A DNA stretch of 62,860 nucleotides, from NCBI GenBank assembly GCA_011364975.1, contig RDOE01000009.1:1-62860 (forward strand), given 5' to 3'. The number at the start of each line of letters is the position of its first letter. Position 1 is the stretch's first letter. The DNA comes from Promethearchaeota archaeon. Its GTDB lineage: Archaea; Asgardarchaeota; Lokiarchaeia; Sigyniarchaeales; SOKP01. Below are positions 29,455-40,304 of this stretch, piece by piece. Made by a program: the position numbers and the translations under genes. Under the pieces are notes generated by a model. That model ran no database searches, had not been told where the DNA came from, and worked only from the letters and a program-made list of their open reading frames with translations.

Positions 29455-31644
29455 TTACTTCTTTAATAAAGAATCTGCTGATGTAAATAAAGGAAAATGT
29501 TTGTTTTTAGATTCCTTTAATTTTTCTTCCCGTTTATTCTTATTATAAAAAAGTGGAACATTATTAGATTTACTTTGTATTACTTGGTACACTTTTGGAT
29601 TTAATTCGTTTATAAATTGAGAAGTATTTAGATTAATCTGCCCTTTTAGATTTTTAACTTTTGTAGGAGATATTAAATAAAGTTGGTCTTTAGCTCGGGT
29701 AATTCCAACATAAAATACCCTTCGTTCTTCCTCAAAACTTTCAATATCATCCTTCACCTTAAATGTAGGAAATAAATTCTCTGAAAGCATTGGTATAAAT
29801 ACCACATTCCATTCCAAACCTTTAGCACGATGAATAGTTGATAATGTTAACATTGAATCAGAGTTAATATTTGTTCCTAAATCAAATTTTCTGGTTTCTA
29901 TATTTGTTTTGTTGAGAGTTAATATATCTAAAAAACTTGAAATTGATTCATAATTCTGGGAGTATATTATTAGTTGATTTAAATCTTCCAATCGATCTTG
30001 CCAATTAGAATACCTTTTTTTAAGATTAGGAATTAAAATATCAATTAATTGCATTAAAATTTCTTTAGTATTTAATTTTTGGAGAGATTGAATGAAATTT
30101 TTTAAAAACTGGATAATTTCTTGTCTTATTTTTTTTGAGATTCTTAAAATTACCATTTGATTTAGGAACAGATCATTTTGTAATATTTCATTTAATGGAT
30201 CTTTTAATCTTGATATAGTATTAACTAATTGAGACGCTTTTTTTTTTCCAATACCATCAAATAAAGTTAAGATTCTTAGCCAAGAAACTTCATCATATGC
30301 ATTTTGAACGATTCTCAAGTGTGCTATTAAATCTTTAACATGAGATTTTTCAAAAAAAGAAACTCCTGAATGTACTACATAAGGTAGATTATTTTTTTTT
30401 AATTCTAGTTCGATTTGTAGTGAATGAAAACCTGCTCGATATAAGATAGCTATATTTTCCAGTTTTTCATTTTTTTCTTGAAGTTCTATAATTTTATTTA
30501 CGATATATTTTGCTTGTTCTTCGTCATTTTCAGAGATAATATGAAAGGGTATTAACCCTGAGGGTTTAGTAGTTTTCATTTGTTTTTCAAACTGCGTCAT
30601 ATTATGTCTAATTGATTCATTTGCTAAGTTTAAAATTTCTGGGACACTACGATAATTATATGTTAACTTAAATATACGGCAATTATTATGTTTTCTAGCA
30701 AATTGCATAATATTTTGAAAATTAGCACCTCTAAACCCATAAATACTTTGAGCATCATCTCCTACAGCTAGAATATTACAATCTGGAGAATCTTTTGATA
30801 TTTTATTAATTATTTCATCCTGGATAAAGTTTGTATCTTGATATTCATCAACTAATATATATTTAAAATTCGAAGCTATGGCTCTCGCTACAGATCTTTC
30901 ATCAAGTAATCTGCTCCAAAATAGTAATAAATCATCAAAATCAACTAAGTTATCTTTGGCTTTTTTAGTTTTATAGAGATCAAAAATCTGGTTCAATTTA
31001 GAAATAATCTTTTCACTGTTATATTGAGGATATTTCCATTTTATAGTCTTTTCTATTGATCTATTGCAATTTATAGAATAGGATAATATTTTTTTAGCAA
31101 TTTTGGGAGATGGAAGAGAAATATCTTCGTTTTGATAATCAATCGCGTTATAAGCAATTTTCATAAGTAAATTTGCATCAATCTCATCTATTATGGAGTA
31201 ATTAGGTTCAAGACCAAGTGATTTTGCATACTTACGTAAAAATCTATTCGCAATAGAATGAAAAGTTCCTGCCCATATTCCTATTGGCTTTATACCTAAT
31301 AATTTTTCCACTCTATTCATCATTTCTTTAGCAGCTTTATTAGTAAAAGTCACTAACATTATTTGAGATGGATTTATATGGGAAGTTATGAGTTTAGCTA
31401 CAGCATAGACTATAGTTCTAGTTTTACCAGAGCCAGCACCAGCTATGACTAATTGTGGTCCTTTAATTTCATTCACAATCTCTAATTGTTGTTCATTTAA
31501 TTCTTTCTCAAAATTAATGGTATTTAGTTGTTTAACGTTTTTTATAGAATAGCGATTTTGATGATTATAGCTATAATCACCAAAAATTTCTAATTGTATC
31601 TTCTCTTTATTTTTCGAATTAGTTAAATTTTGATTAATTCTCAT
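29455..31644 (-). CDS. uvrD: UvrD/PcrA superfamily I helicase
   Basis: AGAGSGKT, LVDEYQD, GDDAQSIYGFRGA, NYRS, TIHRAKGLEW and EERRVFYVGITRAK. Confidence 0.93.
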   Translation of the reverse strand: MRINQNLTNSKNKEKIQLEIFGDYSYNHQNRYSIKNVKQLNTINFEKELNEQQLEIVNEIKGPQLVIAGAGSGKTRTIVYAVAKLITSHINPSQIMLVTFTNKAAKEMMNRVEKLLGIKPIGIWAGTFHSIANRFLRKYAKSLGLEPNYSIIDEIDANLLMKIAYNAIDYQNEDISLPSPKIAKKILSYSINCNRSIEKTIKWKYPQYNSEKIISKLNQIFDLYKTKKAKDNLVDFDDLLLFWSRLLDERSVARAIASNFKYILVDEYQDTNFIQDEIINKISKDSPDCNILAVGDDAQSIYGFRGANFQNIMQFARKHNNCRIFKLTYNYRSVPEILNLANESIRHNMTQFEKQMKTTKPSGLIPFHIISENDEEQAKYIVNKIIELQEKNEKLENIAILYRAGFHSLQIELELKKNNLPYVVHSGVSFFEKSHVKDLIAHLRIVQNAYDEVSWLRILTLFDGIGKKKASQLVNTISRLKDPLNEILQNDLFLNQMVILRISKKIRQEIIQFLKNFIQSLQKLNTKEILMQLIDILIPNLKKRYSNWQDRLEDLNQLIIYSQNYESISSFLDILTLNKTNIETRKFDLGTNINSDSMLTLSTIHRAKGLEWNVVFIPMLSENLFPTFKVKDDIESFEEERRVFYVGITRAKDQLYLISPTKVKNLKGQINLNTSQFINELNPKVYQVIQSKSNNVPLFYNKNKREEKLKESKNKHFPLFTSADSLLKK

Positions 31645-31706
31645 AAAAAATTGTAAACTCTCTATAATTTCTATTTTATTATTGAAGAAATATAGAAAAA
31701 AAGTGA

Positions 31707-34700
31707 TTAGTCATCTTTATTTGTAAATTTAATCATATTAGTACGTGGTTCATATAAAGTTCCTTCTCTCACTAACTCCTCAAGAGCATCCTTAATCCAT
31801 TTCTCATCCAATTCTTCCTCTAATGCAAGTATAGGAATTATATTAGTCTTTTCAAGTGCTTTCCATTTGTTTTCCTCAAATATTTCTTTAAGTCTTGTTA
31901 ATAATTTATCTAATTTACTAATTGAGCTTCTAGATTGTCCAACCAATATCCTATCCATATCTATTTTACCTGTTGTCTCATCATATCCAGTATCTTTTAG
32001 ATATCTTTTAAATAATTTAATAATTTCCTCTACATCCTCTTTAAGTACTATCTCTCTTAAAGCCATTTTAGCGTGTGCTTCAGTTAACCGAACAAGAGCA
32101 TCTAGATTCCTTGCTAATATCGAAACTATGGCATCTTCGCTATCATACTGACCTCTTAAATCTAAATAAAACTCTTTAATTTTTTCTTTTGATTCATCAG
32201 ATAATACAGGATGACAAGTTTTTCGGGCATGTTTTATATATTTCTTCAATAAATTCCCTTGAATAGGGGCAATCTCCTCCTCCTTTTCATTGTCATTTGT
32301 ATTAGGGTTGACCATCGCATTCTTCAAAATAAATTCAGCCATTTGAGCATCATCAGCGGGATTGGGCTTATCAACTACGACAAAGATTAAATCAAAACGA
32401 GATAATAATGATGGGGGCAAGTGAATATTTTGGGTAGGTGTTTTATATCGATCATATCGTCCAGATCGAGGATTAGCGGCCGCAATAATAGCAGTTTGAG
32501 CTTTTAATGTAGCAACGATTCCTGCTTTTGCTATGCTTACAGTATTATGTAAAATTACTCCTTGACTTATGAAAGTATGATTTGGTTCTATTGTAATGTC
32601 ATAAACCCAGGGTGTGTATGATTTACCTTTATTCTGTATAGTTTTTATTTTCTTAATTCTTCCCCAACAAATATCTGAATTTATAAATGATTCTAATTTG
32701 TTTAAACACATTTTTACTTGATCTAAATGATTCTTTAAAGCATTAATTAGATTTTTCTGAAATTCATATCTTTTTTCATTATTATATCCATTTCTTTCAA
32801 AATAATCTATATTACCTCGAGTGCATCCACAGATTTTAGAAAGATCATATTGCGAGTATCCAATTTCATGTCTAAATCGTTTTAGATCAGAAAAATTTCT
32901 CAGAGTTCTTAAGATCGTCTGGTATTTATCCTTAATGAGATTAAACTCCTTTATAATTATGTTTCGCGTAATTCCGTGTCTATTTTTTAAGTGTTTATAA
33001 TAATATCCATCATCTGCAATCGCTAAATTGGATTTTAGACTTAAAATATTATTTATTAAAGAAGTAGGAAAAACATCATGATGATGAGCTTTCTCTTCAT
33101 GTGGCTTGATCAAATTAGCAATCCTATTGAATCGTTTATCATCTTGTTCAACTATTTCATGATAAAATTTTATGAGGGAATGCCCACAGATATAGACTTT
33201 ATATGAATCATTATGTGTATCTAAAAGAATACGAGATTGAATTCCTAATTTCAATAATAAGTCTTGATAATCATGACTTAATCCTCTTGAAGATGTACGA
33301 TAACAAATTGCTGTTGACTCAACACTTCCATCACCCCTAAAGGCACTTTTTAAAAAACTTCTAGCAATCTCTCGACTTCCCGATAGTACTTTAACTGGAA
33401 TCCTTTTATATATCGATTTCGTCATTACTTCTTGAAAATTCAAAATCATCCACTTAAAAAGTTCGGTGGAAATATAACGGAGAGTGATCAAACCATCTTC
33501 CCTTGTATTTATTGAAGGTTCTAAACCAAAAGTATCGTACATTAGAGATTGCATATCTTCAAGAAGAGCTTCATCCTTATTAGAAAATCCTATCTCAGCG
33601 CCAGAACCTTTAAAACTGTGCCCCTCACTTACAAGATATCCTAACATTCTACTTAATTTTGAATTTAAAACAAGGGGAAAATCAAGGAATTTAGCATTTG
33701 GATGTGGAATGGTAGAAATATTTCTAAGTTCTATAGTAATGCTTGAATTGGGTAAATAATTAGGTAAAGGGATAAAATCATTAATATTACATTTGCTAGC
33801 CTCCACATTTGCTATCTTTCCTTCTCTAAACACAAAAAGGGGATGTTCAGGAGTGACTGTGATGGATCTACCATTATTAAAGGTGATTTTATAGAATAAA
33901 TCAGGAGCTTTATGACGACTTAACCTATCAGTTTTAATCTTGAAAATTTGATTGAAATCTGTAGAATACAGTTCTAAACCTCTAAATGGTAGAATTTCAC
34001 AATTAATCCCTCGAATAATATCTTCAGCATTAGATAGAAATAAGTTATCTATAAATTCTCCAATTAAAAACCTCTTTCCATTAGTGCTCAGTATTTCGGT
34101 CTTATAGTGATAAGATTGTTGTTCCATCGCTTCATGTAATGCAGATCTATCCGCAGTATCCATTTTATCAAATTCATCTATCGCAGCAACTCCTCCATTT
34201 GCTAATACTACCGCGCCTGCTTCTAAATTCATTTGACCAGTCTCATTATCTTTAATAACCGCAGCAGTTAAACCTACCGCTGTTGCTCCTTTCCCAGAAG
34301 TATATAATCCTCTGGGAGATATCTCTATAGCACCTTTCAAGATTTCACTCTTACCCGTTCCAGGATCTCCCACAAATAATACATGAATATCCCCTCGTTT
34401 ATAAGCACCTCCTGGTTTCTTCTTTCTTGTGCCGGCAAAAAGACTTAAAGCACATGCCATTTTCAAATCTTCTCGGCCATATATCGTTGGAGATATCGAT
34501 CTTGCGATTTTCTTTTGAATCATTGGTTCTTTTGATAATTTTTCAATTTCAAGTTTTTCTTCCTTGGACAAATCAATTAACTCATCACTTTTATCTTCAG
34601 GATCAATAAAGTTCACATCTATATAGGTTTTAAAAAGTGTACTATTCATCCCCTTAGTGGATTGCGCTAAAACTGACTTCAATATTCCGAGGATTTTCAC

Positions 34701-35405
34701 TCTATCACCTGGTTTAACTGTATCCACTAAATCATAGGTCAAGATTGCTTGAACAGACCGAGGTATTCTCCCAGGGGGTAAATCTTCTGGTATTTCTTGA
34801 ATAACTATACTTTGCCAATCAATAAATTCTGAAACTTTTGAGATTAAGCGAAAATCAGATTGAGCTCTTGCCTTACATCGTTTATTGGTGCAAAATTTTG
34901 GCCATTTTATCCTTGCAGTAAGTTGAATAACTTCAAATTGAGCACCGCATATCATACATTCAAATGTAGCTTTAACAAGTTTTGGTCTAATTGCTGAGCT
35001 TCTTACTAAAATACCATTAGAACAAACAAGATTATCAATATTTTTCGCTCTTAAGCCTCTTAAAGGGATGTTCAATGGGCTTTTTTCATCTTTTGTGGTC
35101 AGTCTTACAAAGTAATATTGATCAGTTATTTTAGCTCCTTGAAATTTTAGGATATTTTTAAAAGCATCTATAGCATCTTCTAACAAAGATTCTGGGTCTT
35201 TTCTTAGCATTTCTGCAATCTGAAAATCAAAAGCTAAAAGATCTTCATAATAAACTAGTAAAGTATTACCACCTTTAGAAAAAATATCACTTATTTGATC
35301 TTGGTATTTAAAAATTCCTGGCTTTTCTTCAAATAGCCTATAAAAATCTTCAAAACGCTGAGTTTTATGAATTGGTACATTTGGACTGGATAATGGGGTT
35401 GTCAT
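31707..35405 (-). CDS. mcm: MCM replicative helicase containing an intein
   Basis: GDPGTGKS, IDEFDKM, ALHEAMEQQ|intein|TVSIAKAG and LLSRFDL; Zn finger CMIC...C....C. Confidence 0.97.
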   Translation of the reverse strand: MTTPLSSPNVPIHKTQRFEDFYRLFEEKPGIFKYQDQISDIFSKGGNTLLVYYEDLLAFDFQIAEMLRKDPESLLEDAIDAFKNILKFQGAKITDQYYFVRLTTKDEKSPLNIPLRGLRAKNIDNLVCSNGILVRSSAIRPKLVKATFECMICGAQFEVIQLTARIKWPKFCTNKRCKARAQSDFRLISKVSEFIDWQSIVIQEIPEDLPPGRIPRSVQAILTYDLVDTVKPGDRVKILGILKSVLAQSTKGMNSTLFKTYIDVNFIDPEDKSDELIDLSKEEKLEIEKLSKEPMIQKKIARSISPTIYGREDLKMACALSLFAGTRKKKPGGAYKRGDIHVLFVGDPGTGKSEILKGAIEISPRGLYTSGKGATAVGLTAAVIKDNETGQMNLEAGAVVLANGGVAAIDEFDKMDTADRSALHEAMEQQSYHYKTEILSTNGKRFLIGEFIDNLFLSNAEDIIRGINCEILPFRGLELYSTDFNQIFKIKTDRLSRHKAPDLFYKITFNNGRSITVTPEHPLFVFREGKIANVEASKCNINDFIPLPNYLPNSSITIELRNISTIPHPNAKFLDFPLVLNSKLSRMLGYLVSEGHSFKGSGAEIGFSNKDEALLEDMQSLMYDTFGLEPSINTREDGLITLRYISTELFKWMILNFQEVMTKSIYKRIPVKVLSGSREIARSFLKSAFRGDGSVESTAICYRTSSRGLSHDYQDLLLKLGIQSRILLDTHNDSYKVYICGHSLIKFYHEIVEQDDKRFNRIANLIKPHEEKAHHHDVFPTSLINNILSLKSNLAIADDGYYYKHLKNRHGITRNIIIKEFNLIKDKYQTILRTLRNFSDLKRFRHEIGYSQYDLSKICGCTRGNIDYFERNGYNNEKRYEFQKNLINALKNHLDQVKMCLNKLESFINSDICWGRIKKIKTIQNKGKSYTPWVYDITIEPNHTFISQGVILHNTVSIAKAGIVATLKAQTAIIAAANPRSGRYDRYKTPTQNIHLPPSLLSRFDLIFVVVDKPNPADDAQMAEFILKNAMVNPNTNDNEKEEEIAPIQGNLLKKYIKHARKTCHPVLSDESKEKIKEFYLDLRGQYDSEDAIVSILARNLDALVRLTEAHAKMALREIVLKEDVEEIIKLFKRYLKDTGYDETTGKIDMDRILVGQSRSSISKLDKLLTRLKEIFEENKWKALEKTNIIPILALEEELDEKWIKDALEELVREGTLYEPRTNMIKFTNKDD
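32544..34115 (-). mobile_element. 524-aa intein with LAGLIDADG homing endonuclease and HTH
   Basis: Starts SYHYKTEI (Ser1); block B TPEH; LGYLVSEG and FLKSAFRGDGS endonuclease motifs; ends VYDITIEPNHTFISQGVILHN before extein Thr. Confidence 0.92.
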
Positions 35406-35584
35406 AGTAAATCATAATTTCATTGATCGTAATATACCAAACTTGTTTTGGATGATATTTTAAATCTGATATTAACGATTTAAGCTTATTAAAGAGTAAA
35501 TAAAATTTGCTGGAAAAAAATGAGAGGAGAGACATGGTTTAGTGATATAACAACACTCAATAACTTAAAATAAGTAATTAAAAC

Positions 35585-38500
35585 TTAACTTTCACGTAAT
35601 TTAGTTAAATTTTCACAGATAATAGGGTCTTGTGATACTTCACACCTTATTTTAAGTAACGATATAGCTCTTTTTTTAATTGATTCATCTCCATAACGTA
35701 GCGTTCGACCTAAAATTATTGCAATTGATTGTTGAGTTTCAATTGAGACTTCATCACTTAAATTCTTTAATAATTTTGAGATTACCTTCGAAATTCCAAC
35801 TTTTTGAATAATTCCAACAAAAACATCAATTGTAGTGGTTCTTACCTCCTTAGTTTCATCTCCAAGTAATATTATATAGTTTTCAAAAGTTTTCTCTGTC
35901 TCATTTTCAATATGTATTTTTAGTAATTGTGCACATCCTTCTCGAATTTTTGAATCTTGATTCGTTATGTTTTTAGAAATTTTTTCTAAAGGAATTTGGG
36001 ATGGTTTGATATTATTTAATGTCGAAATTAAATTCATAGTTGATTTCTTTACCCAATTATTTTCATCGTCCAATAAAGGAATTAAATGCGCTATAACCGA
36101 TTCTTGATTTTCAATAAATTTTAAGATATTTCCTAAACTTAAGACTGCGGCATTCCTAACAATCCAATCATCATCATTTAAAGCTTTATTTGTCAATAAA
36201 TTTGCTGTAAAAGTACTATCTTGCTTTCCAATATAACCAAGGATTTTTGTGGCAGTTTCTCGTATAAATGAGTCTCTACTATCTAATAATGCAGTTAAAG
36301 CTTTTGCGTGGATTGATTCTGGTTCATTTTTTACAAATTCCAATATTGATTTTAATAATATGTTTACTACAGACATATCCTGATTATATAACGAGTTGAT
36401 TAACTCTGGTATAACAGGTTTAACTATTTTTGGGGCTACTTTTGAGGTTTTTGCAACTAATTGGGAAACTTCTTTTTTCACATTTAAATCGATGGGTTGA
36501 TTTAAAATTGATATAACAGGTTCTAAATTAATTTTCTGGGGAAATTTTTCAACAAGTCCATCCAAAGAAGCAATCGAATTTACTACTATATCACTATTTG
36601 GAGAAAGTAAAGAATTGAGTAATTTTGGAATTATAAGATCGGGGAATTTTATTCCTAATTTAATTAAAGTTTTTGATACAATACCTTTTGATACAAATTT
36701 CACGTCATCTTTAGTTTCAATCAATTTTTTATAGATCAAATCTGAATGTGATTCATATTTATTTACTATGATATCTGATATCGTCTCTTTTAAAGTTGAA
36801 TTTTCAAATTTGATATATATCAATAATGTTGTTAAAATTTTTTCAGGATCACTATTCCATAATTTACCTAATAAACTTAAGATAGTGATAGCGGATTCTA
36901 GATCATTTGAATCTATTTTTCCAATAATGGAAGGTAGTTTTATCATATTGGGGCTTTCTTTGAAACAAGTTTCAATTGCTTTTGAGGCGGAATTTCGTAC
37001 ATCATCATTAGGATCACTTAATCCTTCAATAAATGGGTCAATTGGTATAGAATGTTTTTTAAATTGTCCTATTTTTGATAGAGCTTCAAAAATTGATGCT
37101 CTTATAGCACTTGCTGGTGCTTTCATCAATGGAACTATTTTTTCGATAAATTTAGAATCTAATTTTTCTAGGGTAACATTTTTTATATTTCGAATTGTTG
37201 CTGCTCTCACGTCCTTATTAATATTATTCAAATTTTTAAAAAATAATTCGGGAGATAGTTTAAGAGAGGTATAGGATAGGGTATTTAATACTTCTACTTG
37301 TACTTGAGTGCTAGGATCTACTAATAACTTAGTAATATTGAATTTTTGAATCAGATTTTCATTCTTTTTTATTAATTTTGATAATATTTTCAAACTATAT
37401 AACCTGATTCTCCATTCGGGATCTTCGATTAAATTAATGATGTACTTAATAGGTAATTCCTCTAATAATGAAATATCAGCTTCATATAATAATACTAAAC
37501 TAGAATAAATCTTATCATAATTAGGGGATTTTAAGGCATTTTCTATCCAAGGAAAGACTTTATCAGGACAATCTTTCAGTAGTTTTTTTAAAATTTTTTT
37601 ACATATACTTTGGAGTTTAGGGTTTGAGGAACATAAGCCATCTATTAACAAATCCTTAAATTTCCAGTCATTAAGTGAAAGATCAGTTTTTTTAGGGATT
37701 CGTTCATACATCATCATTAAAGTGTTTTTAGCATGTTTTTGAATAGTTGGATCTTTATTCAATAAAAGATTGAATAATGGTATTGGATCAAAAGTTTGCC
37801 CATATTCAGTTATTTTTGAATATTTAAGATTTCTCGTAAAATCACTCTTTCTTGAGAGGAAGTAATAACTAGTAAAAATTATTAAAAAAATCTCTTCTAT
37901 AACAGCGGGCCATGCAAATAGAATATAATTAGAAGTAAGATTAAAAGTGAGGGCCCAAGAGTTAAATGTATCAGATAATTTATCCGCATTTACGATTATG
38001 AAATTCACAAGAACATTTATACCTATCGTTGCCATCAAATAAGCCGCAAAATAGATATCAATTCCTCTATATTTGATTTTACGCCCCCAGAATCTTGTAA
38101 AATATCCAATTATACCAAATAGGAGCGTGACAAAAACGAAATAAGAAGTCATCGTAGATATTGCTAAAGTTCCTGAAAAAAAGAAAATGATCGTTTGAAA
38201 CATTGAAATCCATGCCCAAACAAATACAAAAACCATCAAACCTAATACTATAAATGGTCTTGGGTTTGTGATAAACTGTGTGAAGCTTCTTTTTGAACTC
38301 TCAAATCCCAAAAATAGAGATCTTTTTATATCTGGAATATGATAATATTCATTTGTTATACCAGCGATATAACCTTTTGATCCATAAAATGTTAAGATCA
38401 TCAATGGGTAAACAAGCATCCATGATATCCACATTAGCAGAAGTGGAACTCCAATAAAGCTAAATAAAATAGGAGGTATAATGAATATCGAATATAATAA

Positions 38501-38932
38501 AAGTGCCATTAAAACTGAAATTTTTTTGTTGTTAGTTCTATTTATCAAATTATGCCCAATGAATTTATGGAATGGAGTTAAACCTTCATCTGTTTCTGGA
38601 CTTAATGCTATAAATATGAAATCAATTAGCGGATAAAAAGAAATATATCCCAAACTTAATGTAAAAGGAAGTAATAAAGCTAAAGAATTTATTTTTTCTG
38701 GAATGATTGAAGTCCCCTGCCAAAATTCAGGAGTTTCAACAGCAAAAATGAAAGCCATTGCTAATACGACACTAACAGCTAAACTAAAGATAAAGCCATA
38801 AATTAAACACTGAAAACGATCCTTAACATTAAATTCTCCTTTCTTAACTAGGGCTACCTGTTTATAAATAATAATAAAACCAATTATAAAGAATACAAAA
38901 AATATTATCAAAAGAATTATTTCAGCAATCAA
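35585..38932 (-). CDS. Polytopic membrane domain fused to a long HEAT/ARM repeat array
   Basis: About 360 hydrophobic N-terminal residues, then repeated L.D....VR..A...L motifs (DPEWRIR, DPNDDVR, DDDWIVR). Confidence 0.8.
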   Translation of the reverse strand: MIAEIILLIIFFVFFIIGFIIIYKQVALVKKGEFNVKDRFQCLIYGFIFSLAVSVVLAMAFIFAVETPEFWQGTSIIPEKINSLALLLPFTLSLGYISFYPLIDFIFIALSPETDEGLTPFHKFIGHNLINRTNNKKISVLMALLLYSIFIIPPILFSFIGVPLLLMWISWMLVYPLMILTFYGSKGYIAGITNEYYHIPDIKRSLFLGFESSKRSFTQFITNPRPFIVLGLMVFVFVWAWISMFQTIIFFFSGTLAISTMTSYFVFVTLLFGIIGYFTRFWGRKIKYRGIDIYFAAYLMATIGINVLVNFIIVNADKLSDTFNSWALTFNLTSNYILFAWPAVIEEIFLIIFTSYYFLSRKSDFTRNLKYSKITEYGQTFDPIPLFNLLLNKDPTIQKHAKNTLMMMYERIPKKTDLSLNDWKFKDLLIDGLCSSNPKLQSICKKILKKLLKDCPDKVFPWIENALKSPNYDKIYSSLVLLYEADISLLEELPIKYIINLIEDPEWRIRLYSLKILSKLIKKNENLIQKFNITKLLVDPSTQVQVEVLNTLSYTSLKLSPELFFKNLNNINKDVRAATIRNIKNVTLEKLDSKFIEKIVPLMKAPASAIRASIFEALSKIGQFKKHSIPIDPFIEGLSDPNDDVRNSASKAIETCFKESPNMIKLPSIIGKIDSNDLESAITILSLLGKLWNSDPEKILTTLLIYIKFENSTLKETISDIIVNKYESHSDLIYKKLIETKDDVKFVSKGIVSKTLIKLGIKFPDLIIPKLLNSLLSPNSDIVVNSIASLDGLVEKFPQKINLEPVISILNQPIDLNVKKEVSQLVAKTSKVAPKIVKPVIPELINSLYNQDMSVVNILLKSILEFVKNEPESIHAKALTALLDSRDSFIRETATKILGYIGKQDSTFTANLLTNKALNDDDWIVRNAAVLSLGNILKFIENQESVIAHLIPLLDDENNWVKKSTMNLISTLNNIKPSQIPLEKISKNITNQDSKIREGCAQLLKIHIENETEKTFENYIILLGDETKEVRTTTIDVFVGIIQKVGISKVISKLLKNLSDEVSIETQQSIAIILGRTLRYGDESIKKRAISLLKIRCEVSQDPIICENLTKLRES

Positions 38933-39027
38933 TTTTAATCCTTCTAAGGTTTATTAATTGACTAATAGATTTTTATTTCAGTTTTTTTAGTTATATTAGT
39001 AATTGAAAGTATAAATAATTATTAAAC

Positions 39028-39603
39028 ATGGTATACAGTGATTTTAAAATAATAGAAAACCAATTAATGGATTCTTTAATTAGATTTAATTTTATTTTTA
39101 AAAATCAATATATAAATACGGAGTGCATATCAAATTTTGAAAAATTCTCATTAATGGGAGATTCCTATGGACCATTTGAAAAAGGAAAAACATATAAGCT
39201 TCGATTTTTTGAAGCATTACCATTCATAAAGTCTAAGGTGTTAAAAGTAGCATCTGAAGAAAAATGTGATAATGTTGATGTTCAGAGATATGCCATTAGT
39301 GAGCGTGATGATCAAAAGCTAAATATGAGAGAAAATAGATTATTTTTAAATAAAATTAAGGAATTTAAATTATTTATAGAATCTGATGTTCAAGAGAATA
39401 AAAAACCAAAGATCGATTTAGATCGTTATATATCCTATTTTGTAAATATTATTGATAGTAGATTACTTAAATTGCTTAGACTAGCCAGATCTGAATTATC
39501 TTTAGACGATGAGAGAAGAATAACAAATTCAGAGAAAATCTTATACGAGAAATTATCAATTCTTATCAATCAATGGAGGACCTTCCTTTTAAATAAGGAA
39601 TAA
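39028..39603 (+). CDS. GINS23 (Psf2/Psf3-like) subunit
   Basis: B-domain-first order (GPFEKGKTYKL..EA..F), then a helical A-domain ending RLLKLLRLA...EKILY...INQWR; close to mcm. Confidence 0.7.
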   Translation: MVYSDFKIIENQLMDSLIRFNFIFKNQYINTECISNFEKFSLMGDSYGPFEKGKTYKLRFFEALPFIKSKVLKVASEEKCDNVDVQRYAISERDDQKLNMRENRLFLNKIKEFKLFIESDVQENKKPKIDLDRYISYFVNIIDSRLLKLLRLARSELSLDDERRITNSEKILYEKLSILINQWRTFLLNKE

Positions 39604-39619
39604 TCTAAGATAGATTACT

Positions 39620-40294
39620 TTAAAAAATTAATTCTTGTTCTCCATATTTTTTGAAATACGCAATGATTTGAGATTTTATAGTCTCAGATGGATTCAGCTT
39701 CGGTAACAATTCTATAGCATTACTCATGGCATAATATGGTACATTTTGTGCTTTTATTGCATCTCCTACTGATTTTCCATCATCCCTTATTTCATTTCTA
39801 TTAGTCAATCCTATCGCAGCTAGAATTTTGACATTCATTTCAGAAAGTATATTAATACTTTCAATCAATGAATTGCCAGTTGTTGTGACATCCTCTATTA
39901 TTATAACACTTCCTTTAGGATATCCAAGAAAGAATCTATCCTTGATTTCTCCATGATCTTTAGGTTTTCCCCTTCCCATGGAAAGGATAAACATTCCAGG
40001 TTTGAGATTCTTATTCTTAAAAGCCCATTTATATTGTAAAATTATTCCTAATTTCGTTGCTCCTTCAGGAACTCCATAAAAACAAGTTGGATTAAGCTTT
40101 AAATATTTGACAAAACTAAATATGAATTCGGTCAATTGGTCAATCAAGAATACGTCTTCAGCGATACTTCTCCAATTAACATACCAACTTGATGTTCTCC
40201 CCGATTTTAACTTTATTGGATTCTCAAAAAATCCTATTACATCATTCGTAAGAATAAAATTAGAAAATTTTTCTTTTTGTTGTTCCCAGATCAT
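39620..40294 (-). CDS. pyrE: Orotate phosphoribosyltransferase
   Basis: LKSGRTS, PKDHG and IIEDVTTTGNS PRPP loop. Confidence 0.85.
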   Translation of the reverse strand: MIWEQQKEKFSNFILTNDVIGFFENPIKLKSGRTSSWYVNWRSIAEDVFLIDQLTEFIFSFVKYLKLNPTCFYGVPEGATKLGIILQYKWAFKNKNLKPGMFILSMGRGKPKDHGEIKDRFFLGYPKGSVIIIEDVTTTGNSLIESINILSEMNVKILAAIGLTNRNEIRDDGKSVGDAIKAQNVPYYAMSNAIELLPKLNPSETIKSQIIAYFKKYGEQELIF

Positions 40295-40304
40295 TCTTTA
40301 TAGA

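Noticed and set aside
36768-37274. 168-aa plus-strand ORF and the other short antisense or overlapping ORFs in the track
   Set aside because: They lie opposite or within well-supported genes and have no recognisable motifs; treated as shadow ORFs.
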